Assembly (NCBI GenBank): GCA_050942735.1
Contig: JBMNNW010000006.1
Location: forward strand, 18,793-82,792
Origin: Armatimonadota bacterium
GTDB lineage: Bacteria > Armatimonadota > Zipacnadia > Zipacnadales > UBA5352
Length of the DNA: 64,000 bases
Direction: 5' to 3'
Shown: piece after piece, positions 56,704 through 64,000 of the stretch
Numbering within the stretch: the stretch's first letter is position 1
Layout of the letters: each line of letters starts with the position of its first letter
Notes under the pieces: generated by a model
What the model saw: the letters and a program-made list of their open reading frames with translations, nothing else
Told to the model about the DNA's origin: nothing
Databases searched by the model: none
Position numbers and translations under genes: made by a program

Positions 56704-58077
56704 TCACTCGATCGGACACGCGCTCTCCATGCAGGCCTTCATCGAGCCGAGGAAATTCTCCACCTCCCTGAGACCGTTTCGCTTCAGGATAGACGCGGCG
56801 TTCGAGGCGCGGTAGCCGGTGCCGCAGAACGTCACGATCGGCCTGGTGTCACCGATCTCGCCGATGCGGTCCTGCAGCTCTCCCACGAAGATGTGCTGCG
56901 CGCCCTGAAGGCTTCCCTTCTCAAACTCGCTATCCTTGCGCACGTCCAGCAGCAGAAACTCCTCGCCCTCATCGTAGCGCCGCTTGATCTCCTCGACGAA
57001 GATCTGCGGGATGCTGTCGAAAGGCAGCGCGCTCATCGCCCACGCCTCCATCCCGCCCTCCAGCCAGCCCGCCACATCCACATAGTCGATTCGCTGCAAC
57101 TGACGCCATGCCGCCTCGAACATCGCGCGGTTATTCACCACGAGCGCCAGCGGAGTGCCGTAGTCCACCTCGTAGCCGATATACGCCGAGAGCATCGGGA
57201 ACGCGATGTTCAGCGCGCCGGGAATGTGCGCTCCACCGAATGCCTCCGCCCCGCGCAGGTCGAGAACCAGCCCGCCGCCCTGGCAGAACGCGTTCACCTC
57301 CATCGCGCTCATCGGCGCGGGGAGTTCGCCGACGGCGTCGCGCAGCAGCTCGGGGCCCTTCTGATTGCTGCTGTGTATGCGATCGAAGTACATCGGCATG
57401 TGGTGGAACTCGCCGGCCTTATACTGCACAAACTCATCGCGGTCGGTCATCTGCAGCACGGAGTTGTGTGCGCGCTCGTAGCCGAGCGTGGAGAACTCCC
57501 GGTCGGCCATCGAGTCGCCGCAGACCGAGCCGGCCCCGTGCTCCGGATAGAGGATCGCCTGGTCGCCCAGCGGGAGGAGTTTCTCGAAGATCGAGTCGTA
57601 GAGCAGCCCCGCCACATGCTCGCGCTGGTCCGGGAAGAAGTCAGTGCGCCCCACGTCGCCGATGAAGAGCGCGTCGCCGGTGAAGACAGCGACGGCGTCT
57701 TCGTCGCTGAACTCAGTGTCATAGACCGCGATCGAGATGCTGTCGAAGGTGTGCCCGGGGGTGTGGATTATCTCGAGGCGAAGCTGGCCGAGTGTGAAGC
57801 TGTCGCCCTCGGCGACGTTGCTGCCGTAGCCCCATTCGGTCGCCTCGTGGTGGTAGATCTCGGCCCCGGTGCGCGCGGCCAGTTCGCGCGAGCCGATGAT
57901 GTAGTCCTCGTTGCGGTGAGTCTCGAAGACGTGCGTGATGCTCAGACCCTCATCATGCGCGATCTCGATGTAGTCATCGACATCGCGCCTGGGGTCGATC
58001 ACCGCCGCCTGCTTCCCGCTACCGATCAGGTACGACAGATGCGCCAACCCTTCGGATCGGATCTTCCGCAAGATCAT
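56704..58077 (-). CDS. MBL-fold metallo-hydrolase fused to two rhodanese-like domains
   Basis: HTPGHT motif and an overall MBL fold, followed by two rhodanese-like domains (...FCGTGYRAS...). Motif 1 is degenerate (THRNEDY, not HxHxDH). The start at 58077 is MILRKIRSEG. Confidence 0.65.
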   Translation of the reverse strand: MILRKIRSEGLAHLSYLIGSGKQAAVIDPRRDVDDYIEIAHDEGLSITHVFETHRNEDYIIGSRELAARTGAEIYHHEATEWGYGSNVAEGDSFTLGQLRLEIIHTPGHTFDSISIAVYDTEFSDEDAVAVFTGDALFIGDVGRTDFFPDQREHVAGLLYDSIFEKLLPLGDQAILYPEHGAGSVCGDSMADREFSTLGYERAHNSVLQMTDRDEFVQYKAGEFHHMPMYFDRIHSSNQKGPELLRDAVGELPAPMSAMEVNAFCQGGGLVLDLRGAEAFGGAHIPGALNIAFPMLSAYIGYEVDYGTPLALVVNNRAMFEAAWRQLQRIDYVDVAGWLEGGMEAWAMSALPFDSIPQIFVEEIKRRYDEGEEFLLLDVRKDSEFEKGSLQGAQHIFVGELQDRIGEIGDTRPIVTFCGTGYRASNAASILKRNGLREVENFLGSMKACMESACPIE

Positions 58078-58840
58078 GTGCGTCCTCCTCCTCCACGACT
58101 CGAGTGTCGGCCAATGCGCCAGTCTCAGATTGGCCGGACCAGAGGCAGTCCCACGCATTCACCCATTCTGTTATGCAATGCCGAGAATACCTGGATTGCA
58201 TGAACATTTCGCTACCCATAGGCCATACTCTTACATAAATGCACGCGCTATCATCCTTTGGATGAAGCTTCAGATCGTTCTCTTTCAGCCACGCCTGAGG
58301 CAGGATCACGGGGTACTTGAGTTCGCCGGCAGCGTCAAGGAGGAGAAAGAGTAAGACGTCACTGGCTTCCAGTTCTCGACAGGTCAGCCCAAACCACCAT
58401 TGATTGTCGCCCTTGCGACATCGAAAGTGATGGACTGCCGCCGTGCGCTCCTCGTCGGCCGTGCTGATGATGAGCTCTGTGCAGCGATCCGTCGTGCGCA
58501 CATTGACCTCTCTCCCCCGAGGTGCATGTTCCGCACACAGGTCGAAGGCCAGTGTCTGAGCGAACTCTGGAATCGGCCCACTATCGTCGAAGGACCCGCC
58601 TCCCTGCCTGAGAGGATCCTTAATCCCGTTGCGCCGTCCGAGTTCAACGTCGATTCCGAGCGGATCAAGGATCAACTGCGCCTCCCTGATGCGGCGATCA
58701 CGCTCACGGATTGCCTGTGCCACGTCCGTAGCAAGATCCAACCCATCGATTGTCTCTGGTGAGGCTTCCTCGGCGAGGCGGAGAAGGAATTTGAGGCGAT
58801 CGTGGCTTCTCTCAGTCTGGGTCATATTGGCGCGTGACAC
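58019..58840 (-). CDS. Hypothetical protein in lower-GC islet (273 aa)
   Basis: Long uninterrupted ORF across a visibly AT-richer stretch (~58.1-58.85 kb). GTG start at 58840 or ATG at 58825. No family was recognised. A possible hhhhD...ExK-like motif (VLLFLLLDAAGELK) is noted speculatively. Confidence 0.4.
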   Translation of the reverse strand: MSRANMTQTERSHDRLKFLLRLAEEASPETIDGLDLATDVAQAIRERDRRIREAQLILDPLGIDVELGRRNGIKDPLRQGGGSFDDSGPIPEFAQTLAFDLCAEHAPRGREVNVRTTDRCTELIISTADEERTAAVHHFRCRKGDNQWWFGLTCRELEASDVLLFLLLDAAGELKYPVILPQAWLKENDLKLHPKDDSACIYVRVWPMGSEMFMQSRYSRHCITEWVNAWDCLWSGQSETGALADTRVVEEEDAHDLAEDPIRRVGASVVPDR

Positions 58841-59157
58841 CTCATGGTTGCCTCTGATGCCGCCACATTCGTCACGAGAATCAACTTCTGCAGCGGCCTG
58901 GGCGATCTGTATTTGCTTCCGAGTTCACACTGAATTAATCCCCATGAGATATTACAACATTTGTCGGATGCATGTCCAACCACTTTTCTCGGTCGGAGAC
59001 GTCAAAATACGAACGAATGCCATTACAAAACCCCCACTTTCACAGAATCCACACCTACAACCTCGCGGGAGCGGCCTCCCTTCGATGGCCCAACCTGACT
59101 CCGCCACTCCTCATGATGTGCTCAAGCACTTTGCATGCGATCATACGGCGGACGCCT

Positions 59158-60147
59158 TCACTCGCGGCTGACTGCGTCCATAAGCGCCCGCATGTACCCG
59201 AGGGCATACGCGCGCCCGCGGTGGCCGTAGGGCGTGTCGCCGGCGACGCCGGGCGTGTGATCGGGCATCATCGCGTAGGAGTACCCGACGTCGCGATATG
59301 CGCGCATCGCCTCCAGCATGTCCGTGTCGCCGTCATCAATGAAACATTCGTCGAAGAAGGGCACTGCACCCTTGACATCCCGGAAATGCACGTGGTTGAT
59401 TCGGTCGCGCTCGCCAAACCACCGGATGGCCTCGATGACGTCAACGCCCATCTCCGCGACAGTGCCCTGACAGAAGTTGAGGCCGTTGACCGGCGACGGC
59501 ACCTCCTCGATGAGCCGCTTGAGGCCCTCGATGGCGCCGATGATCCGAGCCTCGCCGCGGAGCCACTCAGTCGGCGGGTCGTGCGGATGCAGCGCAAGCC
59601 GCAACCCATGCTCCTCAGCCACCGGAACGATCCGTCGCAGGAACCACAGCAGCCGCTCCCACATCGTGTCGGCGTCCATGGCCTCGTCCGGCTCAAGCGG
59701 TCCGACGTCCCGGACCGCCTCGTAGTCGAAGCGCCGTACGCGGGCCCGGCCGCGGCCCTCGCCGTGCGTGCTCCCCCAGACATCCGGCACGCTCCACGTC
59801 CACTCGACCACCGGCACCCCGAAGCTGCCTATCACGCGCAGGGTCTCGCAGACGTCCTCGACCTCCTGCTCGCCCTCCGGCCGCCCGAGCCGCGCGTTCC
59901 AGTACTGCGTGTCGCGCCCCTGCGGCAGCAGCACCACCGAGAGCGCCAGCCCGTGCTCATCAAGCTGCTCGATGATGCGCCCAATATCCTCCGTGTGCAG
60001 CACATTGCCGTTCTCGCGACTGATCAGATCGCTGCCGCAGATCTTCACCCCGTGCACGCCAAACTGCGCGGCGAATGCGAGATCGTCAGGGTCAAAGATC
60101 GCCGGTTCGCCGTGCAGCCGCATTCCGAGACACAGCTTCATCGTCAT
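59158..60147 (-). CDS. uxuA: Mannonate dehydratase
   Basis: Overall UxuA xylose-isomerase-like TIM-barrel signature. Confidence 0.75.
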   Translation of the reverse strand: MTMKLCLGMRLHGEPAIFDPDDLAFAAQFGVHGVKICGSDLISRENGNVLHTEDIGRIIEQLDEHGLALSVVLLPQGRDTQYWNARLGRPEGEQEVEDVCETLRVIGSFGVPVVEWTWSVPDVWGSTHGEGRGRARVRRFDYEAVRDVGPLEPDEAMDADTMWERLLWFLRRIVPVAEEHGLRLALHPHDPPTEWLRGEARIIGAIEGLKRLIEEVPSPVNGLNFCQGTVAEMGVDVIEAIRWFGERDRINHVHFRDVKGAVPFFDECFIDDGDTDMLEAMRAYRDVGYSYAMMPDHTPGVAGDTPYGHRGRAYALGYMRALMDAVSRE

Positions 60148-60152
60148 TCACC

Positions 60153-61479
60153 TCAGACATGCGGAACGCCGTTATCCAGAGGGCGCTCCTCATCGCGCTC
60201 GCGCTGCAGTCGGGCGGGTGCGTAGTCCCCGTAGAGCAGCGGATCGTTGGTCTCGACCATCCAGTTGTGCACCCGCGTGCGCAGCGTCCACGCCACGTCG
60301 TCGTAGGCCTCGTCGTCGATCACGTTTGTCATCTCAAGGGGGTCACGGTCAAGGTCGTACAACTCCTCTCGCGGCCGCACCTCGTTGTAGAAGTCCTCCT
60401 TCATCGCCTCCCCGGCGGGCGCGACGTAGATGTCCGCGGGCATGTAGACCAGCGGCCGCCGCCCGAAGTTGCGCACGTACTTGTACCTCGTGGTCCGCAC
60501 CGCGCGCATCGGGTTGTACTGATCGTGCCAGTTCATCTCACAGAAGATGTCCTCACGCGGCTCGTAGCGATCATCCCCGTCGAGCAGCGCGAGGAAGCTA
60601 CGACCGTCAACCTGCGCCGGCACATCCACGCCCACGACGTCGAGGATCGTCGGCAGCAGGTCGCAGTTGGTGAGAAGCTCGTCCTGCACGCGCCCGCCCT
60701 CGAACCGCGCCGGCCAGCGCGCGATCAGCGTGGTCATGATCCCGGGATCGTAGCAGGTGCCCTTCGCGCGAGGCATCGCAATCCCGTGGTCGGTGGTGAA
60801 GATAAAGAGCGTCTCCTCCGCGAGACCGCTCGCCTCCAGCGACTCGCGCATCCTCCCGACGGCCTCGTCGAGCCGCCAGATCAGCCCGTGCAGTCCCGCG
60901 AGGTCCTCGCGGATCCCGGGCCTGTCCGGCAGATAGGGCAGCGTCTCGAGCGTCTCCGGATCGTCGCGGTCGTAGCCCTCCCGCTCGTAGGGGCGGTGCG
61001 GCTCGGCGATCCCGCAGTTCACGTAGAAGGGCCGGCCGTCCTGCGCGTCTCCCTGCAGGAAGTCATCGAGCGCGGAGGCGATCGCCAGCGCGTCATGCGG
61101 GGGGCTCTCGATCTCCTGGTAGCCCAGCATCGGCGCCTCAGCGTTCTCATGCTGGTGGCCGATCAGCCGGGTGTGATAGCCCGCCCGATTGAGGTACATC
61201 GGCAGCGTTACCTCGTTGGCGCCCACGCGCCAACCAAGGTGCGCCAGCCCCACGAGGCCGTTGTTGTGCGGGTAGCGTCCGGTCATGATCGAGCCGCGCG
61301 ACGGTGAGCACTGGGCGGCGGTGCAGGCGTAGTTGCTGAAGAGCACGCCCTCAGACGCGAGCGCGTCGATGTTGGGCGTCTCAATCGGCGCCCCCAGCGC
61401 GCCGATGTACTGCCCGAGGTCGTGGCAGATGATCTGCACGATGTTCGGGCGCGTGTTGTGACTTCGGGTGGGCATCATG
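60153..61479 (-). CDS. Sulfatase (arylsulfatase/alkaline-phosphatase superfamily)
   Basis: Sulfatase signature CTAAQCSPSRGSIMTGRYPHNNG (the C/S-x-P-x-R formylglycine motif). The MM start at 61479 has a GGAGGA RBS. Confidence 0.8.
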
Positions 61480-61557
61480 TCTTCCTCCGGTTCCGCTGTC
61501 GCATTCAGTTCACGTAGTTCGTCAGCGAAGCTCGCGGCCCTGCGCACAGGGCGCGGC

Positions 61558-63960
61558 TCACCGCATCTCCCACCGTACTTCGGTGCCGCGTACGACCGCG
61601 GTCTCGTCATCGAAGCGTGAGAGGATCAGGGTGTTCGCGTCCGGCTCGAAGGGCGCCTCGGGGCGCTCGAAGCTCCCCTCGTAGCGCGCGACATCCGACA
61701 CGCGCAGTTCGTCCACGTAGAGTCCTGCCGGCTGCGCGGGGAGCAGAAGCTCCGTGCCGCCCCACCCCGCCGCGGGCTCGAGGTGCCGGTTGTACGAGGT
61801 CTCCACCCGCACGCCGTCGATGAACAGCGCGACCTCGGTCTTGCCCTCGTCGGTGCGGGAGGGCCGCCACGTCGCGGCCAGGTGGGCCCAGCGCCCCGGA
61901 GGCAGGACCATCCCGGTCTGATGGCCGGGGCCCATGTAGATGTAGGTCCCGAGGTTGATCCGCCGGTAGAGATGCAGCTCGCCGCAGCGCACGATCGAGC
62001 GGTTGCGCAGGTCCGTCGGCTGCCGGGTGTCGCGCACCCACAGTTCGATGGTTCCCTCCCGCTCATTCAGCAGCGGCGCGCCATCGGGCGAGGCCAGCGC
62101 CAGGCCCACGTTCGGCGGCAGCGCCAGCGCCTCTCCCCCACCCGCCAGCGGCGACGCCACGCGCGAGGGCGCGTCGCCGTCGGGCTGCGGAATCGGCGGG
62201 ACCTCGATGTCGCGATCCGGCACGAAGAGCGTGTCGCCCGACGCGGCAACGTAGGGCGGCACGCCCTCGAAGCGCAGGAAAGTCGCCATCGGCGCGAGGA
62301 AGCTGATCGACCACACCTCGTCCTCCGCCGGACCGCCTGCCCTCAGTTCGAGGCGCTCCCAATCGTGGCGACACTCCGAGCCGACCGACCACTCAGCCGT
62401 CGCGACCTCCTCACCCTCGGCATTGCGCACAGTCACCGCGACATCGGTGCGCAGGATGATCGCCTTGACCTCCACCGCGAAGTCCTCCGTTCCGGCGGGC
62501 ACCGCGAAGGACTGCGTCGCTCCGTAGACCCACCAGTCGCCGGTAGCGTGGACGTGCTCGGACAGCGTGGTCTCCACCAGCTTCATGTTGATGCGCACGG
62601 TTCGGCTGTCCGGCGCGATCGCGTAGGTGCCCGTCAGCCCGTCCGCCGGCACGGTCAACTCCAGCACGTTGCGGGTGGCGCCTGTGTCTGCGGCGAGTGC
62701 GGGCCGCGAGGACAGGCCGGTCAGCAGATCCACGCGGCCGATCTCCTCCCCGTCCGGGCCGGTCACCTGCAGCGCCGGACGGTCCTCCTCTGGCAGTCGA
62801 TCAGCCCACTGCTCCCAGTTGCTGAACGGCGCGGCGCTCTGTCCGGGTATGCGCTGGTAGACCTCGACCTCCAGCGTCACCGTGAACTCCCCGTCCTCGG
62901 TCTCTCGCAGGTAGATCGGCCCGTTGCCCGAGCCGGTCGGGCCCGCCGGCGGCGGCGGGTCTTCGACATCCGCCAGCAACGCCGCGAAGGTCGGAAGCTG
63001 GTTGCCGAGCGTGGACTGGTAGGCATGTTCGAAGGTCCAGCCGACGGCACCGATCTCATGCGCCTCGCCGTCGGTGGGAACCCGCGTGGTCGCGATCCCG
63101 TGCTGCCACATCGCGAAGGGCAGCAGGCTGCGGTCGCCGGTGAACCAGTACGCGTGCGCCAGCCCCCAGAGCGTCGTTGCGCGCGTGTCCGCGAAGACGT
63201 GGGCGTCCTTCGCCTGCGAGAGGATGCGCATGTCGCTGACGAAGAGATCGCGCATGCGCTCATCGCCGGTGATCTGATGATACTTGACCTTCCCCTCGTT
63301 CATGTACACGTCATCGTAGCGCGTCTGTCCCAGCTCGGCCTGCGCGTTGTAGAGGATGTCGGCGAACTGGTGGGCGATTGAGAGGTACTCGGGCTCCCAC
63401 GTCGCCTCGTATGCCTCCGCGAAGAGCCGCAGGCTGCCGCCGGTCATGCGGTGCCGGTAGATCAGGTTGTGTCCGAGGTCGCGGCCCACCGCGTAGTGGG
63501 AGATGAACTCCTCGAAGACTTCCCATGCGCGCGGGTTACCGTTGAGGTAGTAATCCCACAGCATGAAGCGCGAGTGGCAGTCGCAGCCGATCGTGTATAT
63601 GTCTGCACCGTAGTGGCAGATGCCGCCGTTGCCGCCATAGCGCCCGCCTTTCATCTTCGCGAAGCGGAAATCAAGCGTTCCGTCGTCATCGAGGTGGCAG
63701 ATGTCGAAGTCGAGGATGTGCCGCGTGTTCACGCGGTGGAAGTCCCACGCCTCGCGGTCGCCCGAGCGCATGTAAAGCAGCGGGAAGACGTTCGGCCCGC
63801 CGTAGAACATCTGCGCCCAGTGCCGCCAGTGGACGTAGTCAATCTCCTCAAGACTCGTGGCGTTGGCGAGCGAGTAGTTCACGTCGCCGAAGTTGATCCA
63901 GCCGTAGTTCCCGAGGCGGTCGCGCAGGTAGAGCTTCCGGTGCATGATCGCGTCGAGCAC
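61558..63960 (-). CDS. Large secreted-type protein with C-terminal LamG/ConA-like domain (possibly polysaccharide lyase-like N-terminal region); N-terminus may extend beyond window
   Basis: 800+ aa ORF reaching the window edge. The C-terminal LamG-like block is ...GTIELWVRD...WAHLAATW...LFIDGVRVE.... Confidence 0.5.
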   Translation of the reverse strand: MLDAIMHRKLYLRDRLGNYGWINFGDVNYSLANATSLEEIDYVHWRHWAQMFYGGPNVFPLLYMRSGDREAWDFHRVNTRHILDFDICHLDDDGTLDFRFAKMKGGRYGGNGGICHYGADIYTIGCDCHSRFMLWDYYLNGNPRAWEVFEEFISHYAVGRDLGHNLIYRHRMTGGSLRLFAEAYEATWEPEYLSIAHQFADILYNAQAELGQTRYDDVYMNEGKVKYHQITGDERMRDLFVSDMRILSQAKDAHVFADTRATTLWGLAHAYWFTGDRSLLPFAMWQHGIATTRVPTDGEAHEIGAVGWTFEHAYQSTLGNQLPTFAALLADVEDPPPPAGPTGSGNGPIYLRETEDGEFTVTLEVEVYQRIPGQSAAPFSNWEQWADRLPEEDRPALQVTGPDGEEIGRVDLLTGLSSRPALAADTGATRNVLELTVPADGLTGTYAIAPDSRTVRINMKLVETTLSEHVHATGDWWVYGATQSFAVPAGTEDFAVEVKAIILRTDVAVTVRNAEGEEVATAEWSVGSECRHDWERLELRAGGPAEDEVWSISFLAPMATFLRFEGVPPYVAASGDTLFVPDRDIEVPPIPQPDGDAPSRVASPLAGGGEALALPPNVGLALASPDGAPLLNEREGTIELWVRDTRQPTDLRNRSIVRCGELHLYRRINLGTYIYMGPGHQTGMVLPPGRWAHLAATWRPSRTDEGKTEVALFIDGVRVETSYNRHLEPAAGWGGTELLLPAQPAGLYVDELRVSDVARYEGSFERPEAPFEPDANTLILSRFDDETAVVRGTEVRWEMR

Positions 63961-64000
63961 CGCCTCGATCTCGGCAAATTGCTCCGGGTCACGCGCCGCC

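Noticed and set aside
53300-63381. Plus-strand ORFs 53300..54289, 54842..56050, 56893..58203, 58972..60225, 60075..61307 and 61783..63381
   Set aside because: They are antisense to the heparinase-like, MBL-rhodanese, uxuA, sulfatase and LamG genes. Each of those genes has a recognisable signature on the minus strand.
1-64000. CRISPR arrays, rRNA/tRNA genes, insertion sequences
   Set aside because: No regularly spaced direct repeats, tRNA-like T-arm/acceptor patterns or transposase-like ORFs were recognisable in any intergenic region. Absence cannot be proven without tRNAscan or Infernal runs.

Overview
This is a 64-kb window of high-GC (by eye about 65-70 %) bacterial chromosome, and almost all of it is coding. 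The ORF track shows many long overlapping antisense ORFs, which is typical of GC-rich DNA. I chose real genes by recognisable protein families, signal peptides, ribosome-binding sites and operon logic. The organism makes lipid A, so it has a Gram-negative-type envelope. It carries a DUF1559 'H-X9-DG' prepilin-like protein, a family I associate with Planctomycetes and Verrucomicrobia, together with many secreted polysaccharide-degrading proteins (see below).

Recognisable blocks:
- An ileS - traR/dksA-like - lspA - lgt lipoprotein-processing cluster, transcribed divergently from a lipid-A operon (fabZ-lpxA-lpxB-[ICMT-family methyltransferase]-msbA-kdtA-lpxK-lpxL).
- Two tandem MATE efflux paralogs.
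- A cspA-family gene with a clear promoter and terminator.
- A trmFO-xerC-hslV-hslU block.
- An ABC-2 transporter pair.
- Secreted polysaccharide-degrading proteins: two heparinase II/III-like proteins, a sulfatase, uxuA, a PfkB sugar kinase, a Gfo/Idh/MocA oxidoreductase, and LamG and CBM9-like domain proteins.

No CRISPR array, rRNA, tRNA or transposase was seen.

Items worth a second look:
1. An operon of a TMEM43/DUF1625-like membrane protein with a C-terminal zinc ribbon, followed by two tandem AIM24/DUF124-like paralogs, downstream of an HD-domain gene and a second lgt copy.
2. A G16-GCGAAGC-C13 homopolymer hairpin sitting exactly between a stop codon and the next RBS. It is either real and unusual, or an assembly artifact.
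3. An LmtA-like methyltransferase embedded in the lipid-A operon.
4. A lower-GC islet (about 58.1-59.2 kb) with one orphan ORF.
5. A consensus promoter driving three tiny Cys-rich/zinc-ribbon/transmembrane ORFs after cspA.

All function calls are homology inferences from reading the translations. No database search was possible.
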